Below are positions 1 through 9,012 of a stretch of 64,000 nt of DNA, piece by piece. This stretch comes from a virus. Location of the stretch: the IMG/VR virus record IMGVR_UViG_3300046169_000069; one strand, written 5' to 3'. A program made the position numbers and the translations under genes. The stretch's first letter is position 1, and every line of letters starts with the position of its first letter. The notes beneath the pieces were generated by a model that was given only the letters and a program-made list of their open reading frames with translations, was not told the origin of the DNA and searched no databases.

Positions 1-18
1 TCAGTAAACTTTTTCATG

Positions 19-1951
19 TTATCCTAATGCAACTGCATTTCCGAAGTTATCATACATCGCGGCAGACCCTGTAGTCAAGTCAGAAGCGGCAACTAGTTTA
101 GTTGGTTGAACAGAAAGATCGTTAGCGTTGTAGACATAGACTGAACCAGATGCAGACCCATTATCGTCGTCCATTTTGGCACCAACAACAATAGTATTAC
201 CGAAAGCAGCAAGAGAACTTCCGAATCGATCATTCTCAAATCCATCAAATGCAGTTAGTTTAGTTGGCTGAGCAGATAAATCGTTAGCGTCATAAACATA
301 AACTGAACCAGAGTTAGATCCATTGTCGTCGTCGTTATATGCGCTAACAAATATCTTGTCAGCAGTAGCAGCAACTGAGTAACTAAATAAATCACCCGCA
401 GCACCATCAAATGCTGTCAACTTAGTCGGTGTAGCAGACAAATCGTTAGCGTCATAAACATAAACTGAACCAGAGTTAGATCCATTGTCGTCGTCGTTAT
501 ATGCGCCAACGATTATCTTGTCAACAGTAGCAGCAACTGAAGTACCGAACGTGTCTATAGGCTCGCCATCAAACGCTGTTAGTTTTGTTGGTGATGCTGT
601 CAGATCGTTTGCATCATAAACATAAACTGAACCAGATCGATCTCCGTTGTCGTCGTCATAAATTGCTCCAACAATGATCTTGTCATCAGTAGCAGCAACT
701 GACCAACCAAACCTGGCATTCTCAGGGATACCAGGCGGCGATAGTTTTGTTGGTGATGCTGTCAGATCGTTTGCATCATAAACATAGACTGCGCCTCTCA
801 CAATGCCTACACTATCATCATATGGTGCGCCAGCAACGAACTTATCAGAAGTAGAAGTAACAGAAGTGCCTAATCTGCCGCCACCAGAAGTTACTAATTT
901 AGTTGGTTGAGCGGATAGATCACTGGCATCATAAACGTAAACTGAACCAGAGTTACTTCCAGTGTCGTCATCACGATGTGCGCCGACAACAATCTTATCA
1001 GAAACAACTTCAACCGAATGCCCGAAGTTGTCTAGGTGCGCAGCATCAAACGCTGTTAGTTTTGTTGGTTGAACAGAAAGATCTTTTGCATCATAGACGT
1101 AAACTGACCCTATCGACTGTCCTGAGGAAGGATCATCATTGGGTGAGTCACTGACAGAGCCAACTACCAACCAGTTTGCAGATGGTGCAGGAGCTGGTTC
1201 CGGAGAAGGAACTGCTAGTGGCGCAGAAGGTACAGTGAAGTTCTCTGTATAGACGGCCGTGCCTTTAACGACACGAAGATCGGAAATCTTGCCATCTAAA
1301 TCAAAAGAATTATTTGAATCATTCGGAATATATCTTCGACCTATTCTAAAGTTGGTAGGTTGTTCGTACGTATATGAATCAGAGAAAGAACCTTCCGAAG
1401 AACCATTTAGATATAACGTTGTTGTACCATTATATTTTGCTAATGCTACATGATACCAAGTATTAACATTAAGTTGAGTGGACCCCACTATTCTATCACC
1501 GCCTGCGGTATAGTAATAAAGTTCTCCGGTGCTCTTAGTCCAAATTAAAGGAGATAGACTTGATCCAGATGTTCTTGGGTCTGTTATCGCATATAAACCA
1601 ACACTATTGATATTTAACCAAAGTTCAATAGTAAAGTCTGCAGATCCAAATTCTAGTGATGATGATCCAGAAACATCTAGATGGTCGCCATTACCATCGA
1701 ACGCGATCGACTGTCCAGTACCGTATGGCGAAGAGTCTGCAACGGTCGTATCACCGTACACAGAAATAGACTCAACACTCTGCGATGCATCAAGGATAGT
1801 CCCGTTGCTGCTAGATAGTAGTAGCGATGTGCCTGGAACTGGTTCCGGTGCTGGTTCTGGTGCAGGAACTGCTGGAGGGCGCGTCTGCGTCTACTCCAGT
1901 GACTACTGCACCCGCACTAAAGATTGATCCCGATGTAATTTTGGTTGCCAT
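19..1951 (-). CDS. Virion-associated LamG/concanavalin-like + FG-GAP beta-propeller repeat protein (one frameshift near 1878)
   Basis: N-terminal LamG-like domain (DFTIELW...WYHVAL...LYLNG...ISDLRV), Pro-rich linker, then ~7 FG-GAP repeats (FGxSVA...IIVGAYNDDDNGSNSGSVYVY). ATG at 1951 after GAGAG; removing one base joins it to ORF 19..1761. Confidence 0.8.
131..1110 (-). repeat. Tandem ~160-bp coding repeats (FG-GAP blades)
   Basis: Motif cataaacataaactgaaccaga recurs about every 160 bp; 278-344 vs 440-506 and 581-624 vs 743-785 are near-identical DNA. Confidence 0.85.
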
Positions 1952-1980
1952 TTTATCTCTCTCTTATTTCATTAAATGTT

Positions 1981-3129
1981 TTATGATGGGTCTACCGCAA
2001 CTGTCCAACCGAACTCAGTCTGCGCATTGTCGTTGGTAATTTTAATAGGATCAGCCAACAAATCAGTTGCATCATAAACATATACTGCGCCTAAGTCGGG
2101 TCCAGCATCATCATCTCTTCTCGCTCCGACTACGATCACATCATTATTGATAGCGACCGATTCACCAAACCGATCATGATCGTCTAAATCAGAAGGCATT
2201 AATTGAACCGGAGATAGTGAAAGGTTGTTTTTATCATAAACCCACACAGCGCCCTTAGAACTATTTTTGCCTGGAGACCCTACAACAAGATGGTTATCTG
2301 AGAAATCAAGAGAATATCCAAAATTAGAGTTATCGGTTGTATACCATCCAGGCCCAGTTAATTTATATTGATAATTATTATAGTCACCGACACCATAAAT
2401 ATAAACTGAACCACTTTCATTATCCCTGAAAGCACTAACTGCAATTATATTACCGTCAGTGGCCACGTCCGTTCCGAAGAAATCAAAAGTGCTGCCGTCA
2501 CTTGGACTGATAGATTCATACGGCGTGCCCGTACCACCGTTTGTCATAATATTTTTGTTGAATACATAAGCCCTTCCGCTGTAATTGCCACGAGGACTTT
2601 CTGCGTTCGATCCTATAACAATTATATCGCCCGATGAAGAAATTGGGCCTGAAGAACCAGAAGTCGAACCTTGATACGGTTCTGCTAAAAGATTGTTTCT
2701 ATCATAAACAAAAAACTTGTTGGTATATTGCTCAGATACCACTAGATGATTTTGATCAAGAGACATGTCCTTTCCGAAATCAGTATTTTCGTTGGATGGT
2801 GTAGTTAGTGTAGTGGGCCCACTAGACAGGTCATCTATATCATAAACATGAATATTCGATGGATTGTTGTAGTGGTCGGCTGCGTATATCATGTTACCAT
2901 ACACCGCAACCTTGTGGGCAAACATACCTGAATTATTTGAAGGGGCCTCAACTTCAATAGGTGGGCTTGTTAAATCGTTTGCGTCATAAAGAAAAGCTTT
3001 ACTGCCAGCAAAACCACCAACAAACATATTCATTCTTGGTTTCGGTGGTGCAACATAGTTCTCGTTAGTGCCTGGAGTAAACGTAACGTTTCCAAATACT
3101 GAAGTGCCTGGTCTTAATTTGAATCCCAT
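1981..3129 (-). CDS. FG-GAP repeat beta-propeller protein, paralog of the neighbouring gene
   Basis: Repeats FGTDVA/FGYSL/FGESVA...VVGA...GAVYVYD. Confidence 0.75.
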   Translation of the reverse strand: MGFKLRPGTSVFGNVTFTPGTNENYVAPPKPRMNMFVGGFAGSKAFLYDANDLTSPPIEVEAPSNNSGMFAHKVAVYGNMIYAADHYNNPSNIHVYDIDDLSSGPTTLTTPSNENTDFGKDMSLDQNHLVVSEQYTNKFFVYDRNNLLAEPYQGSTSGSSGPISSSGDIIVIGSNAESPRGNYSGRAYVFNKNIMTNGGTGTPYESISPSDGSTFDFFGTDVATDGNIIAVSAFRDNESGSVYIYGVGDYNNYQYKLTGPGWYTTDNSNFGYSLDFSDNHLVVGSPGKNSSKGAVWVYDKNNLSLSPVQLMPSDLDDHDRFGESVAINNDVIVVGARRDDDAGPDLGAVYVYDATDLLADPIKITNDNAQTEFGWTVAVDPS

Positions 3130-3155
3130 TTTAGTTTCCGTTATCTTTAATTAGA

Positions 3156-3428
3156 TTACGCCAAATCCTTATCGTGATTTAGGCCGCCTTTTTTCTTTTT
3201 AACAATGAACGCGTTGACTCGCGCCATTCCCCATTGTTGCGGTGTGGTGCCAGGCCGATGACCTGTCTTCCACGCAGCAACTCCACGATTATAAACTTTT
3301 CTCAAGGTATCTGGTGAGATACCCGACTTCTTCGCCTTCGCAGCGATACCATCCGGACCTTCGTCCAGATCAATACTATCATATACTGAATATCGTTTTT
3401 CGTCAAGATAGTTTTTAAAAGATATCAT
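3156..3428 (-). CDS. Small basic conserved phage protein with capsid-targeting-like N-terminus
   Basis: Starts MISFKNYLDE; motif VYNRGVAAWKTGHRPGTTPQQWGMARVN recalled from T4-like phage hypotheticals. Confidence 0.7.
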   Translation of the reverse strand: MISFKNYLDEKRYSVYDSIDLDEGPDGIAAKAKKSGISPDTLRKVYNRGVAAWKTGHRPGTTPQQWGMARVNAFIVKKKKGGLNHDKDLA

Positions 3429-4762
3429 GCCAATTTCCTTATCATTCCCGCAAGTACTTTTGCGTCAATATCTAGACTGAACTTGCGAATGGTATCTGCG
3501 GCTGCAAACTCCGGAGATGTGTACTTACCCTTTTGCATCTCACGTTTAATGTGTTGCGCCACTTTACGATATTTGTCTTTATTTATAGTTTTTGAACCGA
3601 CACGATTCATTAAATCGGTCACCCAGTTCTCAATTAAATCAGTGCTTTCTGGGACGCAGTCCGGTACCATCTTCTTACCTTTCTTCTTCATACCGACCTG
3701 CTTGTAACCGTCCCAACAATCTTCGTCGTACATATCTTTGAATGACTTGGTATACTTGGATGGTTTGGTCTTGGCGGTCTTATCTCCAGGCGCAGGTTTA
3801 TAGGCAGATGAATCGTCATCCGCTTTCTTACCGTGCTTCTTGAAGTGTGCATCGCGCTTTGCTTTGGTGGACTTCTTCAGTCCGGAGTGATATCGTGCAG
3901 GCTGAGTACCCTCACGATCTTTGATGTCTGGATCTTGTTTCTCAACAAGCTCAACAGAATCTAACCACTTGCGTAGTTTCTTACCGTCAGATGTTTCTAC
4001 GATAACGTAGTTCGCACCTAGAACGGATACGGTAGCGATCTCTTCAGATTCTTTAATAACTACCGTATCACCAACTCCAAACAGTTCACCCGAAACATAT
4101 TGTTCACGGGTTTCTGATACTGTTTCTAGTTCTAAGTGATTACGGAATTCGCTGGCTTCCTTGAGTCCCATACCTGTACGCACGTCGTTGAATAACTTAC
4201 GTGTGTCTGGGTTTGACATAGACTTAGGAACACCCTGAGAGAATGCAACAAAGTCATTCTTCTGTGCGTTCTCTCTTTGTTTAGAGGCAGACATACCCTC
4301 TACGCCGCTAGCGTCCGGATCTCTCTTACCTGCAGATACTATCTTAATGCTTTTAAAATTGTAAAAACCATGTCTTGCTTTCTGTCCGTTGTATTTGTTC
4401 AACAGGACTTCGAATTCTGTAATACGATCTGCACCGACAACCATAGTGACTGACTTATAGCCTTGATTGTACAGTGTGACCATTGCGTTGATAGCGGTCT
4501 TGACAGACTTATCAACCATGACGTTCCGTGCATGTTTTGGAAACATCTTACGAGTGTGTTTGATTTTGTCGGTATACGACAGAGGATTCTTTTTCGCGTC
4601 TTGGGATTGTGACACGAAGACTTTATAGTCAGCTTTGCCTGACTTCTGCGCTAACGCATCCATCACCTTACCGTGTCCTACGGTAGGTGGGTTCATACGT
4701 CCGAATGTAAAGTAGACCTCGCGTTCTTCTTCAACGAGGTACTGACTGAAATTCTTAATCAC
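3425..4762 (-). CDS. Cytidylyltransferase-like (HIGH superfamily) nucleotidyltransferase with basic C-terminal extension
   Basis: FGRMNPPTVGH (HxGH-type), VVGADR and MSASKQR (KMSKS-like) motifs. Confidence 0.8.
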   Translation of the reverse strand: MIKNFSQYLVEEEREVYFTFGRMNPPTVGHGKVMDALAQKSGKADYKVFVSQSQDAKKNPLSYTDKIKHTRKMFPKHARNVMVDKSVKTAINAMVTLYNQGYKSVTMVVGADRITEFEVLLNKYNGQKARHGFYNFKSIKIVSAGKRDPDASGVEGMSASKQRENAQKNDFVAFSQGVPKSMSNPDTRKLFNDVRTGMGLKEASEFRNHLELETVSETREQYVSGELFGVGDTVVIKESEEIATVSVLGANYVIVETSDGKKLRKWLDSVELVEKQDPDIKDREGTQPARYHSGLKKSTKAKRDAHFKKHGKKADDDSSAYKPAPGDKTAKTKPSKYTKSFKDMYDEDCWDGYKQVGMKKKGKKMVPDCVPESTDLIENWVTDLMNRVGSKTINKDKYRKVAQHIKREMQKGKYTSPEFAAADTIRKFSLDIDAKVLAGMIRKLA

Positions 4763-5130
4763 TTTTCTGCGCCGCCCTGTCTCTTAGCTCTCTTTCTATC
4801 TATCTCTTGGCGACGAACCGTTTTCATCAACTTACGTGACTGACGGTCTATTCGTGATTGTACAGCAGGTCTCGCTAAACGCTTCTCGATTTCTTTCTTA
4901 CGAGCAATAGACATATCACCTTTGTCTTGACCTTTGGTGATTTTCGATACCATCGCCTTTCTTGCTTGACGACGTGCACGTTTCTGAAGAACCTCTTTCG
5001 AAGCCATCTTACGTTCTGCGCGTTTGCGACCTAGTGCAATACGAGTTTTATTCTTTTTCATTTTCATAGCGAGTTTGCGACGTTGGGTCGCATCAAGCAC
5101 TTCGCTTACGAACTGTTTAAACGATAGCAT
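4759..5130 (-). CDS. Very basic small protein, probable internal head protein
   Basis: Starts MLSFKQFVSE; strongly K/R-rich. Confidence 0.65.
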   Translation of the reverse strand: MLSFKQFVSEVLDATQRRKLAMKMKKNKTRIALGRKRAERKMASKEVLQKRARRQARKAMVSKITKGQDKGDMSIARKKEIEKRLARPAVQSRIDRQSRKLMKTVRRQEIDRKRAKRQGGAEK

Positions 5131-5162
5131 AACTATCTTATCCCCTATTGGTTTATTCCATG

Positions 5163-6383
5163 TTATCTACGGGCTGAATCCCAACCCTTTAATATATCGG
5201 ATGAAAAGTTGTTGTATGAAAATTCCATACGGTCAACCAATTTCACCGCGTCACCACCAAGTGTATCAATTGCAACGTATCCTTCTTCGCCAGTCACTTT
5301 GTAACCATTAGAAGTTTTCACGAAAGTATCAATCGATTTAAGTTTGTCCAAACTATTTATAAGTTTTAATTTCACTAATACGATCAATTTTTGCAACTCA
5401 AACATTTTTACTAGGTTTGCCTTGTTTGTGACAGAGAAAAACTCCATCTCATCCTTCATCTTAGCAATCCAAGTGTCCTTACCACGTTGAGATTTCTTAC
5501 TTGCAATCTCTTTTGTGTAGTAGGCTTGTCTGTTACTTATCAGTCCGTTAACGTGCTTTCTTGAGTCCGGAAGTACGGTACCAGCACGAACGAATGAGTT
5601 GTTGTATGTCTCGATTGCCTGTGCGAACTTAGGGTTGTCCGCGACAGTTTTCAAGGTAGTTGCAGATGTCTGTTTGAATAGACGGCCTATCTGCGTTAGT
5701 AGATCATTGACCGATTTGGTTTCGCGTTCAGTCATTGTAGCGTTAGTCGCATCTTTTAACATCGCATCTTGTGACCATACGTTGCGTGACTTTCGCAACT
5801 TACTGACATCAACACCGTAGTCTGCTTTCATGTTCTCAAAAGATGTACCCGTGTATGTTGTATGCCATACAATACCGATCTTAGCGGCGCGTACTTCTTT
5901 CGCTTGATCATAGGGGACTGCGTATGCGATTGTGTTTGGGTGAAATACGCTGTACTTCTGACCATCAATGGTCTTAGTAGTGACATCTCCGTCACCGAAT
6001 AAGAAGTCGCCTTGAATGACACCTTTGATGCCTAGAGCTGGTAAATATTTGAGCGCGTCTTTCAGCTTAGAGTTTAGATCACCCGACGTATCAGCATCAA
6101 TGTCTGCGTCGGTCTTATAGACCTTTGGGTTCTTGTTGAAGATACCTTTCTTAGCAACGAAGAACTCGCCATCTGAAGGGTCAGTACCACAGAAGATCGC
6201 AGGCGAACCGTCCCACTTTACAGAGATGCGTCCCTTTGATGTGCCAGATAACATGTCGCGCAGTCCACGCAAGGCATTGATCGCCTGACGTGTACCGTCA
6301 ACTCCACCGTACAGGACCTTGTCCTCGATGTGAGTCATATGCGTATTCTTCTGTTCTGTGATAAAGTTACTGAAGTTTTCCAT
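5163..6383 (-). CDS. Conserved T4-like phage protein (DUF6267-like) with ATP-dependent ligase-like motifs
   Basis: Likely start MENFSNFITE at 6383; motifs SVKWDGSP, IQGDFLF, EEGYVA, AVKLVDR in ligase motif I/III/IV/V order. Confidence 0.65.
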   Translation of the reverse strand: MENFSNFITEQKNTHMTHIEDKVLYGGVDGTRQAINALRGLRDMLSGTSKGRISVKWDGSPAIFCGTDPSDGEFFVAKKGIFNKNPKVYKTDADIDADTSGDLNSKLKDALKYLPALGIKGVIQGDFLFGDGDVTTKTIDGQKYSVFHPNTIAYAVPYDQAKEVRAAKIGIVWHTTYTGTSFENMKADYGVDVSKLRKSRNVWSQDAMLKDATNATMTERETKSVNDLLTQIGRLFKQTSATTLKTVADNPKFAQAIETYNNSFVRAGTVLPDSRKHVNGLISNRQAYYTKEIASKKSQRGKDTWIAKMKDEMEFFSVTNKANLVKMFELQKLIVLVKLKLINSLDKLKSIDTFVKTSNGYKVTGEEGYVAIDTLGGDAVKLVDRMEFSYNNFSSDILKGWDSARR

Positions 6384-6384
6384 A

Positions 6385-7788
6385 TTAGTATAGTTTCGCA
6401 AATGGTCCAAATAGATCGCCCTTTTTCTGACCAAGATATGAGATATCAGATAAAAGGTCGCTTACTTTATTAATGTCACGTATTGTAAATATCTCATTAA
6501 GCAAATCCAACTGCATCAACTTACTATTCGCAACAGCTCTTTCATTGTCGTTCTTCGAACTGTCAAACACTGTTCGCATGTTATCAATAAATTCTTTTTC
6601 TGACTTGATATTCATTTCAACACGACCTGTACGATTAAGTGATTTAAATCGCCCGACGTGAACGTCCTGTTCTTTCAAAAAATCTTCTAGACTTTGGGGA
6701 TATTTTCTCCAAGATCTCCACCGATCATAATTTTTGACACCATAAGATCTAAGTGCCGCAGAGACCATGTCTAGTGGCGCTTTACCTAGTCTCGCGGCCC
6801 GCGCACTAACATCGGTACCTTCAATCTTTAAGTTGTTGAATCCACGCGAGTTCTGTCTTATCTGAAAGTTGATGGTTACCTTGCTCGACGCAATCTGAAA
6901 AGACGATTCTGTGTTAACAAAAGAAGTGCCTGACAGAGACAGATTTAATTTTGATTCTTGAAAATCAAACCGATATTCATCGCCGTCAAATAGGTCTTCT
7001 CCATCAAAGTTTACCAGTTCCCATCTTGCAGTTTTACCGGACATCTTCTTCAAAGAAATGCCTACGACTTGACGACTGTTGAACATATCTTGAAGAATTG
7101 CATTAAACTCTGGAAGCGATGTTGAGTTATCCCTAATTTTTGAGTCTAGGTCTCGTTTCGCCTTTGATAAATCTGCGACCAACCAAATGTCAGCCGGGTT
7201 CCACGTATCTTTTTGTGTTATGCCATACAACTCTTTACAAGTGTCTGTGATGTAATCCATGAACCCGCCATCACGACTGTAGTGACCATACTGTGTATTG
7301 CCAACTTTCTGTTGTGTCAACTTCTGTTGTTCAAAGAAAACATTCTCCCAGTATTCGTCCATGGCAGGATATTCTTTCAAGAGATCTTCACGATATAGTT
7401 TTAAAAACGTTTCTTTATTAGTATATCCATTTTTCTCAATACCTTTCTGAATCGCTAACAAACTGGCTCGTTCTTGCATCGCAGTGGTCTTACCGTCTGG
7501 TTTACCACTTTTTCCGCCCATTCCACTAAACGGCGACTTGTCTATTTCGGTCCATTTATATCCATTGAATATAGGCGCATAGTTATTTCCAGACTTTGCC
7601 GAAACATTGACCTGAGTTATGTTTTGTTTCTCTACAGCAGACACAAACTTTTTGACTAAGTCTGTCTGATTGATTACTTGAGAAACATTGCCCTTAAACT
7701 TAACAGGTTCACCATTAGTGATTTTGTCAGCAAGCATGTTTAAGTATGGCTTAGAAAACTTGAAGTCCCCGCCAGCAAGCATTGCCAT
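6385..7788 (-). CDS. Hypothetical protein, possible PD-(D/E)XK nuclease fold
   Basis: 467-aa ORF with DTWNPADIW...GISLKK; first gene after late promoter 7832-7839. Confidence 0.5.
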   Translation of the reverse strand: MAMLAGGDFKFSKPYLNMLADKITNGEPVKFKGNVSQVINQTDLVKKFVSAVEKQNITQVNVSAKSGNNYAPIFNGYKWTEIDKSPFSGMGGKSGKPDGKTTAMQERASLLAIQKGIEKNGYTNKETFLKLYREDLLKEYPAMDEYWENVFFEQQKLTQQKVGNTQYGHYSRDGGFMDYITDTCKELYGITQKDTWNPADIWLVADLSKAKRDLDSKIRDNSTSLPEFNAILQDMFNSRQVVGISLKKMSGKTARWELVNFDGEDLFDGDEYRFDFQESKLNLSLSGTSFVNTESSFQIASSKVTINFQIRQNSRGFNNLKIEGTDVSARAARLGKAPLDMVSAALRSYGVKNYDRWRSWRKYPQSLEDFLKEQDVHVGRFKSLNRTGRVEMNIKSEKEFIDNMRTVFDSSKNDNERAVANSKLMQLDLLNEIFTIRDINKVSDLLSDISYLGQKKGDLFGPFAKLY

Positions 7789-7831
7789 GTAATAGTCTCC
7801 GTAATTACTTTATCGTAAGTATAACAGACAC

Positions 7832-7839
7832 TATTTATA
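7832..7839 (-). promoter_or_regulatory. T4-type late promoter TATAAATA
   Basis: Exact match upstream of the 7788->19 gene run. Confidence 0.75.
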
Positions 7840-8512
7840 TGTCAAGGGCATTTCCAGAATTTTCTGCATTATATTGCGCAATTGTGTCGCGGAGAGGACG
7901 AACCCAATTGTCTCTATGTTCAATAAAGACTTGTGGTTCGTGGTTGTCTACAGAAATGATGGTGACTAGTTGGGTGATGGGCCTTCCCGTCCGTTCTTCC
8001 CACATAATAGCGTAGGCGGACTCTTGCATGAAATAGTTTTTGACCCATTCAAGTCGTTTTGGTTTAAGTGAGGTTTTAAAGTCGATGATAGACAACTTAC
8101 CATCAAACTCAGCAACACAGTCCACACGACCAGCCACACCCAGATGATTGGAGTAGAGAGGCGCTTCCTGTGCAAATACTCTGCCAATGCGGCTATCGAG
8201 AATGGGCTGAAGATCAAGGAAACTACTAATAATATCTGGAGTATATCCATTTTTGAAACTCTCTTCATTGTTGATGTATTTCTCAACCACTTCATGGACT
8301 GCAGTACCGCGTGTAGATGCGCGATGAGAAATGCGGTTTGCTTCTTCGTTACCGACTTTTTTACGCCACTTTGCGATAGACTCGCGTGAAAGTATAGAGA
8401 GTACGGTGGTTATAGAGGGAAGGTTGATACCTTCGGGCGTTTTATACTCACGGCGACCATTGCGGTTCTCCGTTTTCATTTCAGTCAATTCAATAGGTAC
8501 ATGTTCAAACAT
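7835..8512 (-). CDS. PD-(D/E)XK exonuclease (phage Cas4-like/exonuclease family)
   Basis: LPSITTVL, RGTAVH, AGRVDC, IIDFKTS, QESAYA motifs. Confidence 0.85.
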   Translation of the reverse strand: MFEHVPIELTEMKTENRNGRREYKTPEGINLPSITTVLSILSRESIAKWRKKVGNEEANRISHRASTRGTAVHEVVEKYINNEESFKNGYTPDIISSFLDLQPILDSRIGRVFAQEAPLYSNHLGVAGRVDCVAEFDGKLSIIDFKTSLKPKRLEWVKNYFMQESAYAIMWEERTGRPITQLVTIISVDNHEPQVFIEHRDNWVRPLRDTIAQYNAENSGNALDI

Positions 8513-8643
8513 TATCTATAATTATCCAAGTCATTTTCATCTATGGATCTTCGCTCTCTTCTCACGAGGTATGATAAAAAGATTACACTGGAGACTAATA
8601 TAACTCCAATGGTAGCAAAGAAATATAATAAGAATTCTAACAT
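8512..8643 (-). CDS. Possible 43-aa single-pass membrane protein
   Basis: Hand translation MLEFLLYFFATIGVILVSSVIFLSYLVRRERRS...; start overlaps a promoter-like sequence at 8634-8662. Confidence 0.35.
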   Translation of the reverse strand: MLEFLLYFFATIGVILVSSVIFLSYLVRRERRSIDENDLDNYR

Positions 8644-8671
8644 AAAAACTCTCACTTGTCAATAGCAAAAG

Positions 8672-8832
8672 ATCCCCACAAGTACGGCGCCTTTTAGACA
8701 TTTTGTTTGGTGAAACTTGATATAACTCTGCTGGCATTTTTACATGCACGATTTGAGAGATCTGCAGATCTTATCAGTGCGCCCGTGCGCAAAATTCACT
8801 CTATGTCAGACTAACCGTACTCTGTGGGGGAA
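8672..8832 (-). ncRNA. Putative ~160-nt structured non-coding RNA immediately 3' of tRNA-Ala
   Basis: Terminal stem CCCCACA(G)AGUACGG/CCGUACUUGUGGGG with nested GACAU/AUGUC and GUGAA/UUCAC stems and internal hairpins. Confidence 0.6.
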
Positions 8833-8833
8833 C

Positions 8834-8909
8834 TGGTGGAGCTAGAGGGAGTCGAACCCACGACCTCTTGAATGCAAATCAAGCGCTCTCCCAACTGAGC
8901 TATAGCCCC
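8834..8909 (-). tRNA. tRNA-Ala(UGC)
   Basis: Canonical cloverleaf GGGGCTA...anticodon loop TTTGCAT...GTTCGA...CCA. Confidence 0.95.
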
Positions 8910-8918
8910 TTATTTGTC

Positions 8919-8926
8919 TATTTATA
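8919..8926 (-). promoter_or_regulatory. Late promoter TATAAATA for tRNA-Ala/ncRNA
   Basis: Exact match ~10 nt upstream of the tRNA 5' end. Confidence 0.65.
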
Positions 8927-8938
8927 CCACATTAATAT

Positions 8939-9006
8939 TGGAGCGGAGCGTAGGAACTTCCCCTACCTCAGCGAGGGGTACTCGCCGACTCAATACTGAA
9001 CTCCGC
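8939..9006 (-). ncRNA. Non-canonical tRNA-Gly(ACC)-like RNA, 68 nt
   Basis: GCGGAGU/GCUCCGC acceptor + UCCA; GGCGA/UCGCU stem with loop GUACCCC; GUAGG/CCUAC stem with loop GGAAGUU; reduced D arm. Confidence 0.65.
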
Positions 9007-9012
9007 AAAACT

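Noticed and set aside
131-1110. Periodic repeats as a CRISPR array or DGR template/variable pair
   Set aside because: They are in-frame FG-GAP coding repeats with homologous intervening sequence; no cas or reverse transcriptase genes are present.
7835-8512. Cas4-like nuclease as evidence of CRISPR
   Set aside because: Stand-alone PD-(D/E)XK exonuclease common in T4-like phages; no array or Fe-S cysteine set.
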